Source: Candidatus Spongiisociaceae bacterium | Lineage (GTDB): Bacteria; Actinomycetota; Acidimicrobiia; Spongiisociales; Spongiisociaceae | DNA: 64,000 bases | NCBI GenBank assembly: GCA_965262915.1 | Contig: OZ253564.1 | Location: forward strand, 480,001 to 544,000 | Direction: 5' to 3' | Made by a program: the position numbers and the translations under genes | In this document: one piece after another, positions 49,742 through 62,166 of the stretch | Numbering within the stretch: position 1 is the first letter of the stretch | Layout: the number at the start of each line of letters is the position of its first letter | Notes under the pieces: model-generated | Database searches by the model: none | What the model was told of the DNA's origin: nothing | What the model saw: only the letters and a program-made list of their open reading frames with translations

Positions 49742-49830
49742 CGTATCAGCGGTTACCAGAGATATCCGACAGGGTTCACAGGGGTGGAGGCTACCCGAAC
49801 CGCCTGCATGATCGGGGTAACGGTCGGCTG

Positions 49831-49863
49831 TTACGAGAGATACTCCGCCAGTATCTCTAGTAA
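49831..49863. other. loxP-like recombination site 1 (13-7-13)
   Basis: TTACGAGAGATAC-TCCGCCA-GTATCTCTAGTAA, arms 12/13 complementary; extra half-site TTACCAGAGATAT near 49753. Confidence 0.75.
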
Positions 49864-49926
49864 GGCACAGGCACAGCGCTCCTCCCTATTCTGAGCCGTA
49901 ACCGACGAACCGAGCCAATGCTGGCG

Positions 49927-50232
49927 TCAGTGCGCCGGAGCCAGATTGACCGTGACCGTCATATCGATAGCTGCCGCGGCCTTGTGGAGAGTCGTGAGCG
50001 TGGCGCTCGTGCCGCCGGCCTCAAGGCGGGCAACCGCCGCCTGGCTCGTCGACATGCGAGCGGCAAGGTCGCGCTGTGTCAGCCCCGCGGCTTCTCGCGT
50101 GTCGCGTACCTTCTCCCCCACCTCCATAGCCAGACGAGCCACAGCAAGGGCCGCGTCGAACTCGGCACGCTCGTTGACGCTCATCGTGTTGAGCCGTCTC
50201 TGTCGCAACTCTTCAAACGTTGGGCGCGCCAT
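49927..50232 (-). CDS. HigA-like XRE antitoxin
   Basis: GLTQRDLAARMSTSQAAVARLEAG. Confidence 0.88.
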   Translation of the reverse strand: MARPTFEELRQRRLNTMSVNERAEFDAALAVARLAMEVGEKVRDTREAAGLTQRDLAARMSTSQAAVARLEAGGTSATLTTLHKAAAAIDMTVTVNLAPAH

Positions 50233-50570
50233 CATTCCTCCTCAGGTGAGTGTCCCTCAGCGATGCACCGCCGAATCAACCCCGAGCCCGCCGGACTTCG
50301 GCCCGCTCGTTCTGCCTCTGCTTGCGAAAACGTCGTCAACAGAATAATCCGCCGGTCTTCCGCGAAGTAGAACGTGACCCGTCGCGCGACGCGGCCGAGG
50401 CCGACCCGAAGCTCGAACAGCCCATCGCCCAACGACCGCGATGCCGGGAACCGCAGACGGCTGCCATCCTCGGCGAGTCGTTCGACCGCCGCCGCCACCG
50501 TCGCGAACTCTCCCACGGAAAGCGACTCGATCCATTGCTCAACTTCCGGCTCGACCTCCACCAACCACAT
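50232..50570 (-). CDS. HigB/Gp49-like RelE toxin
   Basis: LGDGLFELRV..RVTFYF..IILLTTF; C-terminus appears to carry two compensating frameshifts. Confidence 0.85.
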   Translation of the reverse strand: MWLVEVEPEVEQWIESLSVGEFATVAAAVERLAEDGSRLRFPASRSLGDGLFELRVGLGRVARRVTFYFAEDRRIILLTTFSQAEAERAGRSPAGSGLIRRCIAEGHSPEEE

Positions 50571-50848
50571 GACATCAAACGCCGACGCCCCGAAGCCAGC
50601 GACGACACGAATTGCGAACGGGAACCCCTAACCGGACAGCCCCACTACCCCACCCAAACGCCGCCGGAGCCAGGATGGGCTACGAGCAGCTGAACAGCAG
50701 GCTAAGAACCCACGGGCATGTTCGAGGTTTCGTTCCACCGCTACCAGAGACACTCGGCCAATATATCTCCACTTGGATGACGGGCCATGAACAGCAGTCT
50801 TGGGAAGGTAGGGTGCGGCGCCTGGGCTCGCTACGGAAACGGCGTTGG

Positions 50849-51781
50849 CTACCAGTCCTCGGTCTCAACGAACAGCGGCGCGTACCGGTAGACGGCTGCG
50901 AACTCCTGCGCATCCCTAGCCGGGATCCCTGCTACGGATGCGGCTTCTCTAACCTTGTCGCGTGTATCCGGTATCGCGCTTAGGAGGTGTTGTACCTCGC
51001 GGCGGGTGAGACGAGGTATCTTGATCTGGCAAGGTTCTTCGCCGGACCGAGTGAACTCGAGGGTTCCTATCCTGCATTTGTCCCACTGGTGGCGGTCGAC
51101 TTCGGCGACGAGAGCACCGCCAACCGTGAGCATTTGCGCTCCGTCGGCGTGGACCATATGGAACATTTGATGGAACGTGATGTGTTTTTCTTTGGGACGT
51201 GCCGCGTTCCGTGAGCCGAGCGCTGCTCTGATTTGTTCCCGCAATATCCGATACGAGAACTGTGCGTATTCGGCCCTTGTACGCGGTTCCGACCGGCCGT
51301 CTCCGACCTCGCTTAGCCAGCCCTCCCGTTGATCATCAGGGGGCCGTTCGGCGTTGATAGTGACTATCAGCACGCTTGCCGAAGCGCATCGTCCTACGGC
51401 CTCTTCTATATCGGAGAGCACGCCCTTGTTGACTCGGCTCTCGTAGTCAAGCCATACGATGTGCGGACGGTTCTCAAGTCCTATCTGTGGTAACGCATCG
51501 CCAGTCCTCTTCATTACTACTTCGATACACGCTAGCGGCAGGTTGAACCTGACGCGGTCTTCAGCCCGTGGGTCGCCCTCGATGGTGATCATGTCGCAGA
51601 TCCCGAGCCGACGGTGGACGACCTGGAAGTCGCGAAAGTAGGTTGACCCCATCCCAACGTACCGGTATTTGTCAACGGGCATGAGCGGAGTTAGCCGGGC
51701 TAGAGCCTCGACGATCATCCGGCGCGACGTTGCTTTCGCAGGGCGGAGGGAATAGTCGACCTTCGGTCGGAAGGGTGGCAT
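50849..51781 (-). CDS. putative O-methyltransferase-like protein
   Basis: DYSLRPAK, YRYVGMGS.YF.DF, IVWLDY, ADGAQMLTVGG, YRYAP. Confidence 0.75.
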   Translation of the reverse strand: MPPFRPKVDYSLRPAKATSRRMIVEALARLTPLMPVDKYRYVGMGSTYFRDFQVVHRRLGICDMITIEGDPRAEDRVRFNLPLACIEVVMKRTGDALPQIGLENRPHIVWLDYESRVNKGVLSDIEEAVGRCASASVLIVTINAERPPDDQREGWLSEVGDGRSEPRTRAEYAQFSYRILREQIRAALGSRNAARPKEKHITFHQMFHMVHADGAQMLTVGGALVAEVDRHQWDKCRIGTLEFTRSGEEPCQIKIPRLTRREVQHLLSAIPDTRDKVREAASVAGIPARDAQEFAAVYRYAPLFVETEDW

Positions 51782-51788
51782 ACCGGTC

Positions 51789-53129
51789 TCAGCTGATTTC
51801 GTCGGCATACAGCCGCTCGAATGCCTCTTCCCCGATCTGCCGGTTCGTGGTGAGGTGAAGAGCTTTCTTGAGTTCGTTCACGCGGGAAATATCTGCCGGG
51901 AACTGGATGCTGGTCGTCCGCGGGCGGGCTTGAATGGTCCGTAGTGTGTCCCGAGACCGCTCAGGTACTCGGAATCGGCCAATCGGCACGTCGCTGACCG
52001 GCGTGGGTTGCGCCATCATCAGCGCTGTCCGAACGGCTTGCTGCATCTTGCCGTCGCTCTCCTCGAACTGATGCCGTTCTATGACCAGCTCGTTGGTGAA
52101 AGTCGCGAATTGGCGGAGGACGGAACGCATCTTGCCTAGAGCATTCCTGTAGACGTCCGAAGAGGCGTCGATTTCAGTCTTTGTCGTCGTCCACGGTAGC
52201 GCGGCCGGAGAATCGGAAGCAAAGAACACAAAACCCCGAAACCGCGCGTATTGCGGATGCCACGCTGGCACATCGGGTCCGTCGAGCCCGGCCGTGCCCC
52301 AGCCGGTAAGTCCTGTGCGATCAGCCTTCAGCACAAGGCGGCCGTTGCAGTAAACGTACCAACCGGATTCGGCAACCGACCTCCGCTTCAGACCGATGCC
52401 AGCGATGATTCGTAAGTTGACGCTCTGATCCCCGGACAAGAGCACCGCGCTCTGGTTTTCGGGCCGTATCCCTCCGCCTACAAGAAGTTTATGTATGCGC
52501 TGGTCCGCCGGTTCCATGTTCAGTGAGATCGTCAGTCCCGCCTTGATCGCCTCGCCGTGCCTATCCGCGACATCGTGCAGCATCCTGCGTACGTAGCCGT
52601 CGTCGGCGAATGACTCACTCACGCCCTCGTGCAGATTCTTCACTTCGACCGTCGTACCTGCTTCGTCGGCTGGGGTATCGATGATCTCCATCGGAAACGT
52701 CCAGTCGCCCTCCTGCTCGCGCCACTGCCCGACATCCAATCCAACAACGAACCGAGTATGGGTTGTCGACGAGTCGACCTCGAAGTTGCGCCCGAGGCGA
52801 AAGACGGCCCGTTTCATCCCGATCCCGAACTCGCCTATCCGCGTTGTCGGATTGAACCCCGGCGCCCGGCCGAACCTGAACGCGTAGTGCCGGGCCGTGT
52901 CGATGTCAATGCCCCTACAGTTATCGCTGATCTTGAAGTGATCCCGATCAAGTATCACATTTATGTAAAAGTCGTCAAGGCCCCCGCCCGGCGTGCGGTG
53001 CGCGTAGGCAGCGTCGACAGCGTTGTCGATCAGGTCCAGGATCGCTCCGTCAATACCAATGTCCCGCACCAGCATGTCGACAAAGAATCCTCTCGTCGCA
53101 CTCGCGTCGGCCGTGGATCGTGTCGTCAT
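51789..53129 (-). CDS. GHKL (MORC/HATPase_c_3) ATPase with S5-like domain
   Basis: DLIDNAVDA, DNCRGI, GEFGIGMKRA, GWYVYCNGR, LPWTTTK. Confidence 0.85.
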   Translation of the reverse strand: MTTRSTADASATRGFFVDMLVRDIGIDGAILDLIDNAVDAAYAHRTPGGGLDDFYINVILDRDHFKISDNCRGIDIDTARHYAFRFGRAPGFNPTTRIGEFGIGMKRAVFRLGRNFEVDSSTTHTRFVVGLDVGQWREQEGDWTFPMEIIDTPADEAGTTVEVKNLHEGVSESFADDGYVRRMLHDVADRHGEAIKAGLTISLNMEPADQRIHKLLVGGGIRPENQSAVLLSGDQSVNLRIIAGIGLKRRSVAESGWYVYCNGRLVLKADRTGLTGWGTAGLDGPDVPAWHPQYARFRGFVFFASDSPAALPWTTTKTEIDASSDVYRNALGKMRSVLRQFATFTNELVIERHQFEESDGKMQQAVRTALMMAQPTPVSDVPIGRFRVPERSRDTLRTIQARPRTTSIQFPADISRVNELKKALHLTTNRQIGEEAFERLYADEIS

Positions 53130-54220
53130 GGGCCAGCAGCCTCGTTCTCGTCTACCGCACGCCACACCGCGGCCGCCACCGCGCGGGCGAGCAACGGGGG
53201 CACGGCGTTGCCCACTTGCATATAGCCACTCCACTTGGTGTGGTCAACCCAGAACCAGTCGGGCATGGACTGGAACCGCCGCGGCCTCACGCACCGTGAT
53301 GACACGAGGAAAGGCATGTGGATCGGTCTCGGCGCCGTTTGGCTACCGCGGCCTGGCAACGTACCAGCGCGGATAGTGGGCGCCGGCCGGTCCGGGTGCA
53401 ACCTCAAGAAGCGGCTGATCGGCTCCGGAGTACCCGGACTCACTGATCGGAACCGCTCCTCCACAGCAGGCGCTTGCCTGACGCGGTCGCAGCCCGTGAG
53501 AGCTCCAGGGAGCGCCCGCGGACGCGCTCTGTCACCATCGTCCGGCGCATCGCCGCCGGAGCCGCAAAGCGTAGGAACTGGCCTGCCCAAGCGCGCCGTC
53601 ATGCTCCCCGTACAGTCCAAGCCGGCAGTTCTCAAGCAGCTCAAGATCACCAATTGCATCCCGCCGCCGGTCGGCGTCGCCGCGCCGGACTCCTGCGGCG
53701 CCTTGGGTAGCGGCAGTCCGCTCCGAGCGCCCACCATAAACACTCGTCGCCGACGCTGCGGAACGCCGAAGTCTGCAGCATTGAGCAACCACGGCTTGCC
53801 CAACTCGTAGCCCGCTCGCCTCATATCGCGATCGAACCCCTCGGCGATCCCCCGTGCCCCGGGCAAAAGGATGCCAGGAACGTTCTCCATGACGAAGTAG
53901 CGCGGGCTGGCCTCGCGGACGAGGCGGCCGAACTCTTTTGCCAGTCCGCCGGCGATCATCATCCTGCCGCCTGAGCCCACCGACCGAGAACGCAGCGCAA
54001 GGAGGCCCTCCGATCAGCACAGTGCAGGAGCGTAGACCCGCGGCGCAAAAACTCTGGCGTCGGCGGCGAGCACAGCCGCGTCGGGAAAGTTTCGAGCGTA
54101 GGCCCTAATAGCCCGCTCATCGCTGTCCACACCGAGGGCGGGCACGAAGCCCGCCTGCTCGAAGCCGAGCGAGAAACCGCCAGCGCCAGCGAACAAACCG
54201 ATGACGGTCGTATGCTCCAT
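53126..54220 (-). pseudogene. dcm: C5-cytosine DNA methyltransferase, multiply frameshifted
   Basis: LFAGAGG, GGPPC, MENVPG, GVPQRRRR, QVGNAVPP spread over several frames. Confidence 0.88.
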
Positions 54221-54281
54221 CGGAAACAACACTACCCGCTGTCCCCCCAGCCGCCTGCATAATCCCGGTATCACCTTCGCG

Positions 54282-54314
54282 TTGCCAGAGATACTCCGCC
54301 AATATCTCTACTTT
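54282..54314. other. loxP-like recombination site 2 (direct repeat of site 1)
   Basis: TTGCCAGAGATAC-TCCGCCA-ATATCTCTACTTT; same spacer and shared upstream CCGCCTGCAT(G/A)ATC. Confidence 0.7.
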
Positions 54315-54529
54315 GGCGGCGGGCCCCTGAGTACGTCCGAACGAGCCGTCGGATCGTTAACCAACATAAGCCAAGCGGCTGGAAGCCGATTAACGGGCCG
54401 GGTGTTCCCCCCAAAGGGTGGGGAAGGCGCGTTGGTGGTATACTGGTGGGGCTGTGGGCAGTAGCCTGCGGAAGCGGGGTTCGGTACCTCTCCGGACGGT
54501 GAGTGGCCGGACTTTCGCGCGTCTGGGGG

Positions 54530-55024
54530 TCAGCGTTGGTCAACGTCGCGGACGTATTCGAGGATGTCGCTGATTCGGGACCGCCAGTTGCGCTGGGCTC
54601 CGTATGACCACGCTACGGCGTCGGCTACCCATAGCAGGGGTTCCTCGTAGCCTGATAGGTGTTGGTAGGACAGAGCGGCTGGTGCGTTACCGGCGCGGAT
54701 GGCCGCCGCGATCTGGCGGCGTTCTTGGGTGTCTTGGCCGGTTTCTCGCCGTTCGATGACGATCCGTCCTATGTCGGTGTTCCCCGAGTCGCTCAGTATC
54801 GCCGCCAGGGCCTGCCGGCGAGCGAGGGGCTCTTTTTTGGTTGAGGTGTACACCCGGGCGCGGACGGGGAGTTTGGACATCGCTGCGAGCAGCCCCCGAC
54901 GGCGGCGGGCGCTCTCGTTGACGAAGTGCAGCCGCCGTTGGCCTGGCATCAGCAGGGCTCGTAGTCCCACCCGGACGGCGGGTAGGTCACCGGGGTTGAC
55001 CAAGACCACACAGACCAGATAGAG
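54530..55024 (-). pseudogene. DUF3800-like protein, N-terminus removed by IS30
   Basis: LMPGQRRLHF, EPLLWVADAVAW. Confidence 0.55.
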
Positions 55025-56476
55025 CCCGGGTTCAAGGGGTCGTTGCAACACTGCCTTGTTGGAGGGAGTGTAGGTGCTCGTTGAGGGTCTCGGCGGGGGT
55101 CTTCCAGTTGAGGGTTTTGCGGGGTCGGCTGTTGAGTGCTGCAGCGACGGCGTCGAGGTCGTTGCGTGAGTGTCTGTGGAGGTCGGTGCCTTTGGGGAAG
55201 TATTGGCGTAGGAGGCCGTTGGTGTTCTCGTTGGTTCCGCGCTGCCATGGACTCTGCGGGTCGCAGAAGTAGATGTCGAGGTTGGTGTCTGTGCGGAGCT
55301 GGGCGTGTTGTGCCATTTCGACTCCTTGGTCCCAGGTCAGCGAGCGGCGGAGCTGTTGGGGCAGGGTGATGATCGACGCAGCGATAGCGTCTCGTACGGC
55401 TTGGGCGCCGTGGCCGGCGAGAGGGGGCCCGTTGTGGACCCGTTGCTGTTTTCGGTGGCCTGGCATGGGTGGGAGGTGCAGCAGCATCGTGAACCGGGTG
55501 GTCCGCTCCACCAGTGTTCCGATCGCAGAACTGTGGAGTCCGATGATCAGGTCGCCTTCCCAGTGGCCTGGCACTGCCCGGTCGTCGGCCTCGGCGGGGC
55601 GTTGGGTGATCATGATCTCGGGAGCAACGAACGTCTTGCGTCGCCTCCGGGTTCGTGCCCTGGGGACCCGCAACGCTCGCCCGGTCCGCAAACAAGCCAC
55701 CAACTCGCGTTTGAGCGCACCCCTGCCTTGCACATAAAGCGCCTGGTAGATCGCTTCGTGGGAGATTCTCATCGACTCATTATCGGGGAAATCGACCCGG
55801 AGCCGGTTCGAGATCTGCTCAGGGCTCCACGACGTTGCCCACCGTCGATCCTTTCGGGGCCCATGACGGCGACCGACCCAGCGCACCTGGGGGCCTGGCA
55901 CCAGCTCACCATCGGGGCGGGCGATAACGCCACCGAGACGATCTTGGACGTACCGGCGAAGCTTGTCGTTCTCAGCGAGCTTCGCCACCTTCGGACGGCA
56001 GGCACGCCGATCCGAATGCCACTGCGCGGTCGTGGCCCGATACTCCAGGCCTCCGCTACGGGTTGCGGCGTTGCGGCGCAACTCACGTGAGATCGTCGAC
56101 GCACACCGACCCAGGCGGCGGGCGATCTCACGCACCCCACAGTCGCGGGCGTGGAGAACCGCGATCTCTTCCCGCTCAACAAAAGATAAATAGCGTCCCG
56201 AAACAGGGACGAAAGAAAATGGGACCATCCCACCATTCTCGCGGAACCAACGCGAACCAACCGCGGGCGACACACCAGCCGCCACACCGGCATCCTCGCT
56301 CGACAACCCACCAGCGATCCCTTCCCAAAACCGCTCCCGATGCTCACGCCGCCCGACCGGCGGACGACCAGGCGACCGCATCGCCGGCCGCAACGCACGA
56401 TCAGCCCTACGAACCTTCCTTGCTCCCATTGCAACTCCTCACTCTCGAGACGTTGCGACGACCGTTTGAATCCACC
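55025..56476 (-). mobile_element. IS30-family element, copy 1 (transposase 55032-56429)
   Basis: GHWEGDLI, LTWDQG, PWQRGTNENTNGLLRQYFPK; IRs GGTTCAAGGGGTCGTTGCAAC / GATTCAAACGGTCGTCGCAAC. Confidence 0.95.
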
Positions 56477-56812
56477 CAATATCTGTCCATTCGCTACACG
56501 AACCGGCTGGCGGAAGCCGGCATCGAGCCATCGGTCGGCTCGGTTGGGGATTCGTACGATAACGCCCTCGCCGAATCCGTCATCGGTCTGTACAAGACAG
56601 AACTCATCCACAAACGCGCTCCGTGGAAGGACCTCGACCAGGTCGAGTACGCCACCCTCGAATACGTGGACTGGTTCAACCACCGCCGGCTTCTCGAACC
56701 CATCGGAGACATCCCACCAGCAGAAAAGGAGGCCAACTACCATCGTCAACAGGAACGAGTCCAGCTAGCTGGACTCAAGTAAAACACTCTCCGGCAAACC
56801 CGGTACGGTTCA
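56477..56812 (+). mobile_element. IS3-family 3' fragment with right IR
   Basis: [27 protein letters not shown]; ends CGGTTCA. Confidence 0.9.
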
Positions 56813-57060
56813 CTCCTCGCCTACGACACCGAACTGCTCACCTGCACAGGTGGCGTCGCCGCCCACCAAGCAGCAACCCCCGAATTGCTCACCGAACTCG
56901 CCGGCAGCAACAACCATTGGATACGACGCGCAGTCGCCCAACACCACAACACCCCACCAGAAATACTCGAACAGCTCACCACCGACCCAGACCCCTCAGT
57001 ACAGTGGGCAGCCGCCACCAACCCCACACGCCCTGAACCCACTATCCGGTCGCGCTAGCC
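56813..57060 (+). pseudogene. LRV/HEAT-repeat protein 3' fragment
   Basis: ATPELLTELA..IRRAVAQHHNTPPEILEQLTTDPDPSVQWAAATNP. Confidence 0.65.
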
Positions 57061-57323
57061 AACATCCCCTCCGCCCACAACTCGGGTACTTCCGGGAGTA
57101 CCTCAGGGAAAAGAAGCAACAACAAGCCCCTGGACCGTAGATCTCAGACAACTACGGATCCAGGCGCTACATGTAGATCTTGCCCTGAGACTTGAGCTAT
57201 TCGGATCTGCTGCCGCGGGCGGCCACAGGACCGGCGTGTCTGCAACTCGGGGTCTTCGCGTGTTGTGGGCTGTTGAGTTCGCGGGTTAGGGGTGTTGGCG
57301 GGGATTCTGGCCTATTTCAGTAG

Positions 57324-57671
57324 TCAGCCCAGTTCAGCGATCAAGGTAGCCACTTCTTCCCGCAGAACCGGTATTCCGTCCTGTAGGTTGTGCCACAGTT
57401 CTGTCCAGTCCCGCGTGAACAGCCGGTGGGACATCACGTTGCGAGACCCGATGAGCGACCTGCGGCCGGTTATCCGGTGCCTGTAGTCGGGGAACTTGGT
57501 CGTCATCTGGTTGACCGCTTCGCCGATGTCGTGGTTCCATGCGAAGGCGCGGTCCTGCGCGTCGGTGTCGTTCAGGAACTCTTCCAAGGTCATGCCCGCT
57601 AGCAGGCTCGCTGCCTGTTCGCATCTACGGCCGATCAGGTCTAGGTAGGCGCGGGGGTCAGGGACGGGCAT
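57324..57671 (-). CDS. HepT-like (DUF86/HEPN) toxin
   Basis: IGEAV, RNVMSH RxxxxH motif. Confidence 0.85.
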   Translation of the reverse strand: MPVPDPRAYLDLIGRRCEQAASLLAGMTLEEFLNDTDAQDRAFAWNHDIGEAVNQMTTKFPDYRHRITGRRSLIGSRNVMSHRLFTRDWTELWHNLQDGIPVLREEVATLIAELG

Positions 57672-58089
57672 ACAGTTCGACTTTGGTGGCGTCCACCGAC
57701 GCTTGGAAATACTTGTTGTCGATGAACTTGTAGGAGCCTATGTCGATCTGTTCGCGGCCTTCGGTTTCGGTGAGCCACCCGTCGAAAACGTCTCGGAGGG
57801 CGGCCCGGAGCGCACGGTAGTTGACCGGATACGCCGACCCGGGACGGGTTGGGGGTCCGAACGGGCAGTGTTCGGAAGGTCCGTCGTAGGCCATGCCCGC
57901 TCCCGGCGCGAACACGACCATGAAATCCAAGTCTGATAGTCGGGGCTGATAGTCGGGGCTGACAGCCGACCCGTACAGCCACAGCCGGTCCACGTGGAAC
58001 TGTTCGCACGCTGCCCGTATCTGCGGCAGCCGGTCGCGGACGAAACGGGGAAGACGCGGCGTGAACGGAACATCGACAGTGACAGCCAT
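57658..58089 (-). CDS. MNT nucleotidyltransferase antitoxin
   Basis: LWLYGSA..SDLDF; NKYFQASV. Confidence 0.85.
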   Translation of the reverse strand: MAVTVDVPFTPRLPRFVRDRLPQIRAACEQFHVDRLWLYGSAVSPDYQPRLSDLDFMVVFAPGAGMAYDGPSEHCPFGPPTRPGSAYPVNYRALRAALRDVFDGWLTETEGREQIDIGSYKFIDNKYFQASVDATKVELYARP

Positions 58090-58409
58090 AACCCCGCCCA
58101 TTCTACCAGCCGACAGGTCGGAGAAGGGTCTTGTGGCAGCGGGTCAGAGGGGCCTGTCGGGGCTGCAGACGGACCATCATGCACCGAGGCCGCTACATCC
58201 CGGACGGCGGGGCGGTATCGCTCTCTCAGAGCAGCAGCGGGGGTCTCAGCCCCGCTAGGAGATATGCGCTGTTCGGCCGGGCCGAACCGGACCGTCCCCG
58301 GGTTCGACACCACACCGGACGGCAGTCCCAATGATGATCCCAGTCGCCGTCCGGGGACCGGCGCGGGATACCGAGCTTCGAGAGGGGGGCTGCCCAGCAG
58401 TTGCTGTTG

Positions 58410-58655
58410 AGCCCACCGGCGCGGGCATAGGTGATCAGCTTCCCGAGGTGGCCATGGTCGGTCGTCTCCAAGAGGTTCTCCACGACGACTCGCTGGCTCG
58501 TGTTCGTGTCCCGAAGAACCAGGTCCGCGGAGAACGTCCCGACGGGGACTTCTTCGCCTTCGAGCTCAAGGTCCATCTGGAGTTCCTTGCCAAGCAGGTT
58601 TGGGTTGGGCGCGAGCCACGGTGTGAAGTCTCGGGCTTCGTCCCGCCACACCGAC
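58410..58655 (-). pseudogene. DUF4268-associated endonuclease N-terminal fragment
   Basis: WRDEARDFTPWL..VGTFSADL..VEN..TDHGHLGKLITYA. Confidence 0.75.
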
Positions 58656-58658
58656 CGA

Positions 58659-58994
58659 TGAACCGTACCGGGTTTGCCGGAGAGTGTTTTACTTGAGTCC
58701 AGCTAGCTGGACTCGCTTTTGTTGACGATGGTAGTTGTCCTCCCTTTCTGCTGGTGGGATGTTCCCTATTGGTTCGAGGAGTCGACGGTGGTTGAACCAG
58801 TCCACGTACTCGAGGGTGGCGTACTCGACCTGGTCCTGGTCCTTCCATGGTCCCCTCTGTCGGATGAGTTCGGCCTTGTAGAAGCCGATGACTGATTCGG
58901 CCAGGGCGTTGTCGTAGGAGTCTCCGACTGATCCGACCGACGGTGAGATGCCGGCTTCCGCCAGCCGCATGCTGTAGCGGATGGACAGGTATTG
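58659..58994 (-). mobile_element. IS3-family 3' fragment with right IR (inverted)
   Basis: QYLSIRYS..DNALAES; IR TGAACCGTACCG at 58659. Confidence 0.9.
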
Positions 58995-60784
<1,790 letters not shown>

Positions 60785-60971
60785 AACTGGCACATCTCCA
60801 AGGTAACCAACGGACCCACCGAAGCGCTCAACAACCTAATCAAACGGATCAAACGAGCAGCGTTCGGGTTCCGCAACTTCGCGAACTACCGAATACGGGC
60901 ACTCCTCTACGCCGGAAAACCCAACTGGGACCTACTCGCGACCGTCACTCCCCACTAAAACGCGATGAGCC
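60785..60971 (+). mobile_element. ISL3 3' fragment with right end
   Basis: TNGPTEALNNLIKRIKRAAFGFRNFANYRIRALLY; ends CGCGATGAGCC. Confidence 0.88.
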
Positions 60972-61116
60972 TGTTTCCCCAGGTAGATGGCGGTTTCCGG
61001 CGGTCGGCGGCCGGTGGCGTGCATAACACGGTCGAATATACGACGGTTACTACTGGTCAACGATGGTCAGCAGAGACCCGGCTAGTAGACGATCTCCCGC
61101 GTACCGTGAACCCCCT

Positions 61117-61284
61117 ATGAGCAGAGTCCGTCCCCCAGGGCGCCCACCACCCACATATCCCCCCGGCCGCTACTGCACCACCGACAGCTGCACGGCGCGC
61201 CTATCCATCTACAACCCGACCGACCACTGCGGCCTCCACTCCCCCCGCCGACACCCACACAAACGGAACCGCCGAGGCTGGTGA
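61117..61284 (+). CDS. small Cys/His (Zn-binding-like) protein
   Basis: GRYCTTDSCTARLSIYNPTDHCGLH; conserved paralog at ~36090. Confidence 0.6.
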   Translation: MSRVRPPGRPPPTYPPGRYCTTDSCTARLSIYNPTDHCGLHSPRRHPHKRNRRGW

Positions 61285-61866
61285 GACTATCGGGCGGGTA
61301 GCCGCTGTCGGCGGCCGGTCGAGCCTCCCGAGTCCTTTCAGAGGTTGGGAATACGGCAGTAGGTGGGAGGGGCCGTTACGTGGGGGGAAACGGCCCGAGG
61401 TTCCCGGGCCCAGAACGCTGCTCTACCCGCGGGCTCGCCGGATGCGGGACACCATCGACCACCACTCCCGATCCGCCACCGGCGCGTCTTTACCCACCAG
61501 CACCCGCAGCGACACAAGCAAGAGCCGATATTGGGTGACCACCATTAGGCTGCCCCTCGTCGAGACCATACCAACCGACACGAGCCCCCAGCGGAAGGGT
61601 GCTCCGCTGCCGCCACCCGGCGAACAGCCATGGAACCGGGTTCCCCAGCACGCCGTTGGTGGCTCTCCCCCTCGAGGGGTTTCGGACGGAAACGACCCCG
61701 AAACCGTCCCAAACCGGCCCTAAGATCGTTAACTAACATAACGCAAAGGGCTGGGAGCCGTTTTGCGGGCTGGGAGAACCCTGCCATGAGCCGGGGAGGC
61801 TTGGCCGTCCTGGTTTGTGTCTTCTTTTCTTGGGCGTCGGCGGGTGGGCCTGTCGGGGGTGTCCAT

Positions 61867-61916
61867 GCCCTGCCATGCCGCGCCGAGCCCAGCCACGCCA
61901 CGCCCAGCCAAGCCGC
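61867..61916 (+). repeat. GCCNN pentanucleotide tandem repeat
   Basis: GCCCT GCCAT GCCGC GCCGA GCCCA GCCAC GCCAC GCCCA GCCAA GCCGC. Confidence 0.75.
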
Positions 61917-62166
61917 GAAGAAGGTTGGCCCTGCGCGAAAACACTCATACTTATAGGGTTTCCGGTTGGGGCCGGGTCTGACTCACGCGAAAACTGGCCT
62001 TTGGTGCCTTTCCCACGATCTGTCGACCTGGCCCCGGCTAGGAACCCTGAACCGGGGAGCGGGGTGACTTGATAGGAGCCTTCGACTTCTCCACCGTGAG
62101 TGTTCTGTCCGCCGCTCTGCCCGGCTCCGGGGGTTGGATTCTAGGCAGCCGACGAAAGGCGAGCAC

